IMG/VR virus record: IMGVR_UViG_3300002334_000208
Length of the DNA stretch: 64,000 nt
Direction: 5' to 3' (one strand)
DNA from: a virus
Taxonomy: Duplodnaviria > Heunggongvirae > Uroviricota > Caudoviricetes
Within the stretch, counting starts at the first letter, position 1, and each line of letters opens with the position of its first letter. Under the pieces are notes generated by a model. It searched no databases. It had not been told where the DNA came from and was given only the letters and a program-made list of their open reading frames with translations. Positions 1 through 8,600 of the stretch are shown piece by piece. The position numbers and the translations under genes were made by a program.

Positions 1-128
1 GGTCGCGGAGCAGTGAAGAAAGCGCATTCAATATAACCTTGTGCGAATTCTGACAAATCAGTATATTTTGATTCCATTACACCATTCAATTGAAATTGTG
101 GCATGTGATAAACTCCCTATTGATCGAC

Positions 129-332
129 TTACTTAGTCCAGCGAAAATTGCGAGTAAGCGCGCGGTTTGATTGCATGTTGCGTTTAGTTGCAACACGTCT
201 TGCAGCATCGCTAACAAAAGCATCCATTTCGGCGTTGTGTTCAACAACATTAAACTTTGCAGAAACATAATCGATTTTCTGGTTCTTGTCTGTTGTTGTT
301 GTATGCGCTACGATTTTTTTAGTTCCAAACAT
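129..332 (-). CDS. hypothetical small protein (67 aa)
   Basis: ORF preceded by conserved ~40-bp upstream element (343-398) shared with another minus-strand gene. Confidence 0.35.
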   Translation of the reverse strand: MFGTKKIVAHTTTTDKNQKIDYVSAKFNVVEHNAEMDAFVSDAARRVATKRNMQSNRALTRNFRWTK

Positions 333-342
333 TTTTTTATTC

Positions 343-398
343 CCTGTTGTTGTTCCGATAAGATGAATATAACATTCAAACCTTACCAGAACGTTAAC
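343..398 (-). promoter_or_regulatory. conserved upstream element (promoter/RBS region), copy 1
   Basis: near-identical ~40-bp sequence TGTTGTTCCGATAAGATGAATATARCATTCAAAYCTTACCA also at 1251-1294; sits directly upstream of minus-strand start codon. Confidence 0.4.
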
Positions 399-416
399 AA
401 AGCCAGGTTTTTTATT

Positions 417-1040
417 TTATTTTGTCAAAACTTCCAAAGTGCGATTCAATGCATCTTTTCTCATATCTAAAAGAAACGTCCCTTGATATACGCAATCCAT
501 AACCAATTGCGAGAATGTTGCGCCAAGTGGTGAATTGAATTTCTTGTTATCGCTGGACATGCACGGCAATTGGTCCAGAATAACCAAAGGCGGAATCAAG
601 CCGCAAATAATAAATGCCGCTGCAATTTCCCATGATAAATCCATACCACCGCCAGAAAGCGCAAGGTAATAATCATCGCCTACTTGCACCAATGAAACGC
701 AACCTACTTCATTTGCAAGCTCGGTTGCAATTTCTTCAAGGTCACGATGGTTGCCCGGTAGCTCAATTTTATAGCTCCAGTATGTTGCTGGATAGTAACC
801 GTCTAGCCATTCGTCATAGGCGGATGTGTTCATAAAACGTTCTGTTGCATCCTCTAGCGTCATGTTTGACTCATAATCGCTGAAATGGTCGCCTAAAATA
901 TCAGTTGTGATATTTGGCATGATCACGTTGACGCTATGGCGTTGCCAGATATCCGTCCAGTCAACATGCTCACCACGATTCCAAAAAGAAGTTTTAGCAA
1001 GATTGTCCGTTGCGAATGTTTCGAGTCTTGAATCTGTCAT
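417..1040 (-). CDS. hypothetical protein (207 aa)
   Basis: long ORF, no recognisable motif. Confidence 0.45.
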   Translation of the reverse strand: MTDSRLETFATDNLAKTSFWNRGEHVDWTDIWQRHSVNVIMPNITTDILGDHFSDYESNMTLEDATERFMNTSAYDEWLDGYYPATYWSYKIELPGNHRDLEEIATELANEVGCVSLVQVGDDYYLALSGGGMDLSWEIAAAFIICGLIPPLVILDQLPCMSSDNKKFNSPLGATFSQLVMDCVYQGTFLLDMRKDALNRTLEVLTK

Positions 1041-1053
1041 TTGTTTAGTTCCC

Positions 1054-1236
1054 TTAAAATGATTTGTTTACAAGATAAACCAGTGTTGCAAGAACACCAT
1101 CCATTGAATTATTCGGGCCTATTGCCACGATTACCAAAAAGGCAAGAATCACAACTAACGGTTTAAAGCTTGGCGCTAATTCATGCACTGCTACCAGTAC
1201 ACCAAAAGCGATAAATAGTAAAATTGCTAGTTCCAT
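1054..1236 (-). CDS. small hydrophobic membrane protein (60 aa; start moved to internal Met MELAILL)
   Basis: N-terminal 40 codons of track ORF are the translated conserved upstream repeat; remaining sequence is one TM helix. Confidence 0.35.
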   Translation of the reverse strand: MELAILLFIAFGVLVAVHELAPSFKPLVVILAFLVIVAIGPNNSMDGVLATLVYLVNKSF

Positions 1237-1250
1237 AATCTTGCCTCGTT

Positions 1251-1294
1251 TTGTTGTTCCGATAAGATGAATATAGCATTCAAATCTTACCAAA
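1251..1294 (-). promoter_or_regulatory. conserved upstream element, copy 2
   Basis: 40/44 identical to 343-398. Confidence 0.4.
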
Positions 1295-1297
1295 GGG

Positions 1298-1642
1298 TTA
1301 AGAAAATAATATTTCTTCACCACCGCCTTTGATACGATGAACTTTATGCATATCAAAGCAACGCATGCGGTTAAAATCAGTCAAGCCTGTTTCGTTGTTG
1401 TGTTCATACAAGTTGTACAGTTGTGGGTTGTTCGCCTTGCGTGTTGCAATCTGGCGTTTGCCTTTCTCTGTTGCTTTGTCGCCCTTGGCTGCATTCTTGA
1501 CAGCCTTTGGATTGAAAACCATTGTGCGCATATCGCCATTCTTCTTTTTGAAGAATACGCTCACAAATTTTGCGCCTTGCTTATCGATAAAAGAAAGAAT
1601 TTCGGCGCGCTTGGCGTCCTGTTGTTCTGGTGTCAAAATCAT
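1298..1642 (-). CDS. hypothetical basic protein (114 aa)
   Basis: ORF; related CCTGTTGTTGTTYCGAT motif upstream at 1650-1680. Confidence 0.4.
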   Translation of the reverse strand: MILTPEQQDAKRAEILSFIDKQGAKFVSVFFKKKNGDMRTMVFNPKAVKNAAKGDKATEKGKRQIATRKANNPQLYNLYEHNNETGLTDFNRMRCFDMHKVHRIKGGGEEILFS

Positions 1643-1703
1643 AATGTTGTTTCCTGTTGTTGTTTCGATGGTTAGAATTTAGCATTGAGGTATTAACAAA
1701 AGG

Positions 1704-1883
1704 CTAATGATTAGCCCAATAATGCGCTTTTACCCATGGCCTTGCCGCCTCAATTGATTCAGCTATATGAATCACTTTTCCTTTGAATTCGACAACAATA
1801 TCCATAAACGAATTATGACTCATGCCATAACCACGTTTAAACATTAGTTGATCAAATTCGTGACATTGTACTTCATTTAACAT
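1704..1883 (-). CDS. hypothetical small protein (59 aa, below ORF-track cutoff)
   Basis: hand-translated minus-strand ORF MLNEVQCHEF...HYWANH filling the gap 1700-1885. Confidence 0.3.
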   Translation of the reverse strand: MLNEVQCHEFDQLMFKRGYGMSHNSFMDIVVEFKGKVIHIAESIEAARPWVKAHYWANH

Positions 1884-1886
1884 GAA

Positions 1887-2087
1887 TTAGCCTTCTACTT
1901 TAAAATGCTGTTTCGGTTCTTGCGCATCTGACTTTGTTTTCTCGCCTCCCGAAGGCGCGCCAGTGATACAAATTGTATAGCCTTCAATTGTCTTGAAGTG
2001 AAATACACATTTATGCGAATTGATAGACGAATCGGCAAGCGCAACACTTGGCGCAATTACTAGTAGTGCAATTAAAAGATTTCTCAT
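1887..2087 (-). CDS. small secreted protein with signal peptide (66 aa)
   Basis: N-terminal MRNLLIALLVIAPSVALA signal-like sequence. Confidence 0.4.
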   Translation of the reverse strand: MRNLLIALLVIAPSVALADSSINSHKCVFHFKTIEGYTICITGAPSGGEKTKSDAQEPKQHFKVEG

Positions 2088-2287
2088 GTTGTTTTCTTTA
2101 GGTTTGGGTTTCTAAATAGACGCCCGGCAATGAAACCGGATTCGTAGTCTGCAATCTGGTATTTGTTCCAAGTGTCTGGAATGTCATACCACGATGTTTT
2201 TAAGGCTAGTTTATAGCCTCGCATATATAATTTATTTCCCACATTTGCAGGATCAAAATCTCTTGATAATTTGCAGGAGTCATTCAT
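2084..2287 (-). CDS. hypothetical protein (67 aa)
   Basis: ORF with 4-nt overlap to neighbours, operon-like. Confidence 0.35.
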   Translation of the reverse strand: MNDSCKLSRDFDPANVGNKLYMRGYKLALKTSWYDIPDTWNKYQIADYESGFIAGRLFRNPNLKKTT

Positions 2288-2532
2288 ACCCTTGACTCCC
2301 TTGCATCAGCAAAACCTAAACGGTAAAGCGTTTTTTCCTCCGGGTTGTATAAATGACTCGGGCTTGAAAGTTTATCCCATGCATAGCCCTTGTTAAAGCC
2401 TTCCATATAGAAACGGCTATCGCAATAATCTGGGTTCATGCATTCTTCTGCTGGTCTAATTCGTCGTTTCATGTTCACATCCAGGTTTTGTTTCGTTGCA
2501 TTATACATAGTCGTTATTTTCTTAGAACACAA
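2284..2532 (-). CDS. hypothetical protein (82 aa)
   Basis: ORF. Confidence 0.35.
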   Translation of the reverse strand: MCSKKITTMYNATKQNLDVNMKRRIRPAEECMNPDYCDSRFYMEGFNKGYAWDKLSSPSHLYNPEEKTLYRLGFADARESRV

Positions 2533-2590
2533 GCCGATTCGTTTTAGTTGGTTTATAGAGCGTTAATGTTCAGAAAAAATTTTACCTAGC

Positions 2591-2780
2591 ACATAAAAGT
2601 TGCGTGTGAATTTTTTCGAGTGCATAAAAGTTGCGTGTGAATTTTTTCGAATACATAAAAGTTGCGTGTGAATTTTTTGCCGGTTCAAAATTTTCGTGTG
2701 GAAATTTTCCACTCACATAAAAATCGGTCTGTCAATTTTTCGACCAACAAAATTTTGGTATGGTTAATTTTCCGTTAACG
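2591..2780. repeat. about 6 degenerate tandem copies of a ~30-bp unit (CATAAAAGTTGCGTGTGAATTTTTTCGA)
   Basis: three near-perfect copies at 2591-2680 followed by degenerate copies; each carries an AAAANTT...AATTTT imperfect palindrome. Confidence 0.7.
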
Positions 2781-3030
2781 TAATTTCACACGTTAACCTT
2801 AATTCGTAAGGTTAACAAATGTTTAATTTTGCAAAACGTTAACCTTAATAATTATGATGAACATTGGTTAACGATTGACAACAAATCGTTTCCAGACTAA
2901 GTTAACAAAAGATGAAATTCACATTTCGTTAACCTTAACGAATCGTTAACTGGTTAACGTTAAGATTTTGTTAACCACGTTTTTTAACGATTTGTTAACC
3001 ATCTTTTTTCACCAAGTCCGTTAACCATGC
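2770..3030. repeat. cluster of >=12 GTTAAC-containing 8-10-mers (CGTTAACC / GGTTAACG iterons) in a gene-free AT-rich region
   Basis: GTTAAC core recurs about every 15-35 bp; a further group at 3820-3895 next to the terL stop. Confidence 0.65.
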
Positions 3031-3149
3031 TGCACGCAGAAACACGGCGAGCCGCAAAAAGCCGTCAAGCAGAAAAATTTCTTCTTCCGCGCTGCGCGCC
3101 GAGAGCTCGCCAAGCAAGCAAGCATGAAATCTTTTTTCTTTCTTTCAGC

Positions 3150-3449
3150 TCAAGCCGGATTACTCCTCAACTCATCCTCTATCACTGCTGAGCTATCCAG
3201 TGCAGCCGTACAGCATTGACCCAAAACAAACTCAAAATTCTCCTGATCGAAATGCCTTGAAGCGTCCTGAATATAATTTGATCTGTCAAATAATTCCTTG
3301 GCGATTTCTTGCTGCTTTAATCTGTACCCATAGAGTGGCATCACTTTTCTATTTTTGACATGCCACAGCTTTTTCCACCAGTGCTGTTTCTTTGCGTCGA
3401 TGGTTTGCATTCGATCATATTCTTCAATTGATTTACCTAAGATTTGCAT
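3150..3449 (-). CDS. hypothetical protein (99 aa)
   Basis: only ORF inside the 1.4-kb non-coding region. Confidence 0.3.
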   Translation of the reverse strand: MQILGKSIEEYDRMQTIDAKKQHWWKKLWHVKNRKVMPLYGYRLKQQEIAKELFDRSNYIQDASRHFDQENFEFVLGQCCTAALDSSAVIEDELRSNPA

Positions 3450-3911
3450 GAATTTTAAATAGCATATATGCCCCCTGGGAGCAAGCGTGAACCGATTCCT
3501 AATTCTGGTTTTCGATCAATAGACCCACCCCATGTTTGAAACTCGCAGGGTCCCTACTGCCTCCTAAAATGTGTGGTGTGGGCATAACACACATGTGTTT
3601 TGAGTTCTCATTTGTATTTAACCGTTTTGTTAAGGAGTTCTAAGAAAATGTGCAAACTCTTAGATCAAAAATAAAGACAAGCAAAATCAGTAACTTAGAG
3701 GATTAGTTCTAAGAAAATGACAGTGCTTGTTCTAAGGAAATCACGGGATTTTGTGTGGTATGTCAGTTACCACAGAGATATACAATTGGATTTGTGGTTA
3801 ATTTTCATGTCAAGTAAAATCGTTTGTTAAGGTTAATAGTAGATTTTCGCCGGGGAAAAAATCGTTTGTTAACCCTACTAATTAAGGTTAACAAACACGA
3901 AAATCTCGCTG

Positions 3912-5642
3912 CTATTTAGAGGCGTCGAGGATCGCTTGTGCTACGGGATGGAGCTCTTTTCCCTCTCTCTTGGCCAGGATATCTTCTCCAATTCTCTTGA
4001 TGATATCTTTTTTTACCCCAGATGTGTCAGCGCCTCCGCGCTTCATTTTCTTGGTGGTGCCAGAAATCTTAACCTTAACATGATTTAGGTATTGACTTGT
4101 CATGTCTACTGAGTCGTCATTTTTCCCGAAAGGAAATGAAACAAGTTCTAATTCATAGTCAGGTAACCACTCAGCACGCACCGGTAGGTTCACTAACCCT
4201 CCCTCAATCATTGGGGTGGCACCATCCATACGGAACTCTTTGGAGTTGTTGTTGGTACTGATTGCAATCACTGGATGTGGTCCTTGACCCTTGCCTTGTG
4301 TCTGAATGTATTGGGTCCCTGATCCTTTGTCTTCCACCAACACAGCATCAACATTCCATGCCGTACCAACAGTGTTTATTGTTTTGACAAGCTCATTGAA
4401 TTCTAATTTTTCTCTCTTGATGTAGGCGAGGTAATGCTGTCCATCCTTGGTCTCAATCCACACACCAATTGATGTGAAATCCGCACGCTCATTTTTCTTG
4501 TTGGCTGTATCTACTGACAGCAATATTTTCTTCCATTCTCTTCTATCTGGCAATCTTTCGTATCGACCGAACCAAGAAAGATTTATCACGTTGCCTTCTT
4601 CATCCACAGGGTTGCCCATGTACAGAGAATTCCAATCTCGTGATTCGAGAGTAGCTTTCAAGTTCATCAAAATTTCGTATGTGTAGAAATCAGGCCATAG
4701 CGGTTCGTTCAATTTCCTTCCCATTGGATCATTTTCTTCATCGATACATATTGCTGGCACGTTGATGATATTCCAAGGAAGGCCTCTACCCTCTTTATTC
4801 ATATCTTCAATACGTGCTGCAAGATCATCATTGTTCCACCGCGTCATAATCAAAAATAGCGGAGCATGTGGGAGTAGTCTGGTTGTGAAATCAGCAGAGA
4901 ACCAGTCCCATACTTCTTGACGTGTTGTAGGGCTCTCTGCATCTTTTCTCAATGCGAATGGATCATCAATACCGGCACAACTAGCACGGAAGCCAGCGAT
5001 GCCCACGCCCACGCCTTTTGTATAATATTTAGCACCGGTTGTGACCGCCCATGTTCCAGCAGCTTTGGTATCTTTTGTCAGTTCGACATCTGGAAATACA
5101 TCTCTGTACCTTTGACTATCCACCATCGCTCTGGTTGGTTTACCAAATTCGCTTTCGCAGAATGCCTGGGTGTGTCCCCCTTGAAGATATTTATGTCTTG
5201 GGTTTCTTCCTATATACCACGATGGAAAGCGCCGTGATCCGTACTCTGACTTTGCATGTCCCGGAGCCATGGAAATTGACATTCTCATGAAGCCTTCTTC
5301 CCGGCGCTCCATCTTCATAAGCTGTTCACATAGCCAGACGTGGTGGTCGGCTGGTGGTTCATCCGGTACCATATATTCAGCATAGGCAGTGAGATCGTTT
5401 GGTGCCAGCAATTTTAGATGGTCCATGTAGCCTTTCTCAGTTGTGGCATGCATTTGTTCGAGAGCTTTCAACTGCCCTGTAACAGAAGACGTACCCAGGA
5501 GTGTAGTTAACTTTTCTGTTAAGTACGCATCTGGTTTCAATTTTTTGTAGAGACAATCTTCAAGGTGATCTTTTTGATCTGCGAGCGTTTTGATCGCGCC
5601 TCGAATGATCTTTCTCTGATCATGGGGAAGTGGTTGTACCAT
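3912..5642 (-). CDS. terL: terminase large subunit
   Basis: 576 aa; N-terminal ATPase region with SMAPGHAKS P-loop-like motif, C-terminal nuclease region (LIMTRWNNDDL, VLVEDKGSG). Confidence 0.8.
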   Translation of the reverse strand: MVQPLPHDQRKIIRGAIKTLADQKDHLEDCLYKKLKPDAYLTEKLTTLLGTSSVTGQLKALEQMHATTEKGYMDHLKLLAPNDLTAYAEYMVPDEPPADHHVWLCEQLMKMERREEGFMRMSISMAPGHAKSEYGSRRFPSWYIGRNPRHKYLQGGHTQAFCESEFGKPTRAMVDSQRYRDVFPDVELTKDTKAAGTWAVTTGAKYYTKGVGVGIAGFRASCAGIDDPFALRKDAESPTTRQEVWDWFSADFTTRLLPHAPLFLIMTRWNNDDLAARIEDMNKEGRGLPWNIINVPAICIDEENDPMGRKLNEPLWPDFYTYEILMNLKATLESRDWNSLYMGNPVDEEGNVINLSWFGRYERLPDRREWKKILLSVDTANKKNERADFTSIGVWIETKDGQHYLAYIKREKLEFNELVKTINTVGTAWNVDAVLVEDKGSGTQYIQTQGKGQGPHPVIAISTNNNSKEFRMDGATPMIEGGLVNLPVRAEWLPDYELELVSFPFGKNDDSVDMTSQYLNHVKVKISGTTKKMKRGGADTSGVKKDIIKRIGEDILAKREGKELHPVAQAILDASK

Positions 5643-6241
5643 TATTCAGTTGCATCTTTCAAATCTGCATCCTCAGTAAAACCAATGTCGTCTGCAGCTA
5701 CGATGTTTACTTTTGGTTTCTGACTCATCTCTCTCGCGAAATCTAATATCATTCCAATGGATGTGGTATCTGGTAGTTTGTTGTCGTTTCGTCTTCCATC
5801 AGGGTCCCGAGTTGTTCCTTCTTCCAGCACAGCCCAGAGCATAGCAATCGCTTTGTTCGATGCAGATATCTGTCCAACTTCTTGAGCCAGCACAACGTTG
5901 TGCATCAGGTGGGCGAGAAGATATGTTTTTGTGATTTTGAGTTCTTGGATCGCTGTGATTGTATCCACGTCACCAATTTCATTCGCTTGGTGCATGATCA
6001 GAGCATGGCGGTTCTGTGCCATTGACTTTTGCAACCACACTATGCGCTGTTTTACTTCTGGATAATTTGCTGTACGAGATGCCCCTGAACCTGTCTGTGA
6101 AAATCCGGCACCGATGTATGCTGGAGCCTGCTCCATACCCACAGATAAATTCTGCGCATACATTTCGTGGCGTGCGTTCGCTAATGGTACCTCTGGTAAA
6201 GGGAGTTGTTTCGGTCTATTTGGTGTTTTAGCATTACTCAT
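5642..6241 (-). CDS. terS: terminase small subunit
   Basis: 199 aa directly upstream of and overlapping terL; N-terminal HTH pattern ARHEMYAQNLSVGMEQAPAYIGAGFS typical of TerS. Confidence 0.55.
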   Translation of the reverse strand: MSNAKTPNRPKQLPLPEVPLANARHEMYAQNLSVGMEQAPAYIGAGFSQTGSGASRTANYPEVKQRIVWLQKSMAQNRHALIMHQANEIGDVDTITAIQELKITKTYLLAHLMHNVVLAQEVGQISASNKAIAMLWAVLEEGTTRDPDGRRNDNKLPDTTSIGMILDFAREMSQKPKVNIVAADDIGFTEDADLKDATE

Positions 6242-6318
6242 GAGATATCCAGTGCCGGGTTGTTACCGATGGATTATCGCAAAATTAACCATGTTTGTAA
6301 AGATTTTGTTGGAATGGC

Positions 6319-6852
6319 TCAGCTCTCAAAGCGTTTTAAAGGCCCTCTAAGCCGTATTCCATGTGATAAGAGACCAAAGAGCGCGATCATAGCCGCTTCC
6401 GCCCTACCATCATCTTTTACCCGTTTGAACGTCTCTTCAAAGTCAGGGAAGAGCTTCATTGCTAGATTTCGGGCCCCTGTCTTACTCGCTGGGCATCCCA
6501 TCTTCGACTTCCATGACTGTGGGCGCGTTCTAAAGAGTTCGACATCTGACGCCATCATCACCCCCCGCACCAATCCGTACCGGTCGCCAAAATTGAATGC
6601 GCCTACGTGTCCATCATGTGGCATCGACCAGACATCCTCAATGTAAGCAACGACATCGCCTTCTGGAGGGAGCATATTATAGATCGCTCGACCATCCACT
6701 TCATTTCTCTTCTTTGACTTTCCTACCGGGATCATGGGCATGTCATGAATATCCATCACTAATGTATTTGGATTGATGAACGCCAGCGCACCGTGTGCTC
6801 CCGGATCGATACCAATGAATGTGGGTTTTGTTTCCATGTTGTAGTTAACCAT
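6319..6852 (-). CDS. RuvC-like Holliday junction resolvase
   Basis: N-terminal FIGIDPGAHGALAF motif (RuvC/YqgF fold), 177 aa. Confidence 0.55.
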   Translation of the reverse strand: MVNYNMETKPTFIGIDPGAHGALAFINPNTLVMDIHDMPMIPVGKSKKRNEVDGRAIYNMLPPEGDVVAYIEDVWSMPHDGHVGAFNFGDRYGLVRGVMMASDVELFRTRPQSWKSKMGCPASKTGARNLAMKLFPDFEETFKRVKDDGRAEAAMIALFGLLSHGIRLRGPLKRFES

Positions 6853-7515
6853 GATGAGGGAAATAAAGCAACAATTTACTCAGAATCATATTTGACACAG
6901 ATAAATGGCTGAAAACTCCCATTTCGAAAGAGTTGTGTCAATTATCAGTGCCGTGTGTCAAGAAAAAACACGATTTCTAACACGATTTTCTGAGAAATTT
7001 ATCAAGGGGATCGGGAGAAAACTCCCCTTTCTTATACCTTTTTTAATTTATATATAAAGAATACATAATAATGATGGTAATGTACTACATTGCTATTAGG
7101 GAATAATATTATTTAAGACAAACGTAGACAGACAAGTAAATAAAATTACTCTCTATATAGGCGTTTTGGGTCGATATTTGATTATTTGGTTTTTAACGCC
7201 CTCTTTGGGGCTCAGTAAGGTTTCTTCTCTCAAATAAGGCTGAATATCTGACACAAATCTGTGTTTTTCGATGTACGCCTTGTTTATTTCAGGCACATAA
7301 TGCTCTAAGCAGTGCCTAAAACCTCAATCGGAGAGCAATCGCTCAATCCAGGAGAAGAGGACAAATCACAACACATTAGGGTTGCTTAACGGATTCGTCC
7401 TAACAATCAGCCTGACACATAGACAGCCCCTCGTCAAGGATTATTTACGAACGGCTCAAAGAAAAATTAACCATAACAATCATTTCAGTTTTACATCCAC
7501 TCAAACCAATGTTAC
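6853..7515. promoter_or_regulatory. 660-bp divergent intergenic control region (AT-rich, operator-like repeats)
   Basis: lies between minus-strand terminase/ruvC block and plus-strand early genes; GTGTCA/TGACAC inverted repeats and duplicated GAAAACTCCCMTTTC. Confidence 0.45.
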
Positions 7516-8088
7516 ATGAGATGCAATGACTGTTTACAAAAGGCTACAAATATGACTGACAAAGAGATAATTGACCAGCTAATCAAAGAGTATCTCAGCA
7601 TCGTTTCTGCTTACGATCAGGTTGCGTTGGTTAAACCCGAACTCTTATATATGCCACAACACGGCCCACAACACCTGAAAGATTCATTACAATTGGTTCA
7701 GGGAAAGAATGATTTGGAGACCGTGCTCAAGCGCTATAATAGATCAGTCACTCAATTAAACAAGCGTCTTCATTCAGCCAATAAACCGCGCAGCAGTCAC
7801 GTTGCGTTCATAGACATTGTTTCATTGCGTAAACATTATGATGGCACCAACCGATACAACCTCTCGAACAACTCTTATGTGGACACTGTAATTTCTGCGA
7901 TCCAAAAACACATCCCGGCACCGAAACTAAAAGCTTTCGACAATCTCGTGGAGCAAGCGCGCATTGGTGAGTACATGCAGCAGCGCGTTCCCAACGGCAC
8001 ACTCAAAGATTTTGACCTGCTGATTACCAACGCCGAGGAATGGCGAAAACACACGATCCGTGAAAAACACAAAGCGAGCAAAGCATGA
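7516..8088 (+). CDS. hypothetical protein (190 aa; possible start 7552)
   Basis: ORF, first gene of plus-strand block. Confidence 0.4.
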   Translation: MRCNDCLQKATNMTDKEIIDQLIKEYLSIVSAYDQVALVKPELLYMPQHGPQHLKDSLQLVQGKNDLETVLKRYNRSVTQLNKRLHSANKPRSSHVAFIDIVSLRKHYDGTNRYNLSNNSYVDTVISAIQKHIPAPKLKAFDNLVEQARIGEYMQQRVPNGTLKDFDLLITNAEEWRKHTIREKHKASKA

Positions 8089-8381
8089 AAGTCCTAAAGA
8101 AACCACTCCCCTTCCAAGTCGAAGTGCACTGCACTGGCAAAGGTAACGAGAAATCAGGTTGTGGCGCGCTACTGCTCGTCGACCGGGATGATCTGCGTTA
8201 TTTCTCACCACGAGAGACCACGTTTCATATTCCCTCTGAACAAGTGGTTGTAGGTTGTCCTGAATGTGGACACTCAACCGATCTGGAGCCAGCCCAATAC
8301 CCGCACCGCCATACATCTCTTACTCCATGGTCAAGGCAATGGCGAGAAAACAATCGAAACTTTGCAAAAGGATCAGAATAA
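8085..8381 (+). CDS. zinc-ribbon protein (98 aa)
   Basis: CxxC...CPECGH cysteine pairs. Confidence 0.4.
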   Translation: MKVLKKPLPFQVEVHCTGKGNEKSGCGALLLVDRDDLRYFSPRETTFHIPSEQVVVGCPECGHSTDLEPAQYPHRHTSLTPWSRQWRENNRNFAKGSE

Positions 8382-8584
8382 TGTTCATCGTATGGAACGC
8401 AAATAAAACCGAAGGCTTTGTCACCGACGACCGCACCGATGCTAATGAAGCAATGACTGGCGAACACGGCGTTATGGGTTGCCCACTTGCCGAGCGGTTC
8501 TACGAATTGTATGGCGAAGGCGGCGAATGCATAAAACAATTCATCCCAGAATTGGAAAACCTAAAAGACATCAACAAATCATAA
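8381..8584 (+). CDS. hypothetical protein (67 aa, start moved to MFIVWN)
   Basis: ATGA overlap with upstream gene. Confidence 0.35.
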   Translation: MFIVWNANKTEGFVTDDRTDANEAMTGEHGVMGCPLAERFYELYGEGGECIKQFIPELENLKDINKS

Positions 8585-8600
8585 ACACAGGAATAAAAAT

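Noticed and set aside
2591-2680. Possible CRISPR array (three 30-bp direct repeats)
   Set aside because: Repeats are directly tandem with no unique spacers between them. They are followed by degenerate copies and GTTAAC iterons, so they look like an iteron/origin-type repeat rather than CRISPR
7808-8539. Minus-strand ORFs (64-129 aa) antisense to plus-strand early genes
   Set aside because: Lie entirely inside better plus-strand ORFs in an otherwise co-directional block. No motifs
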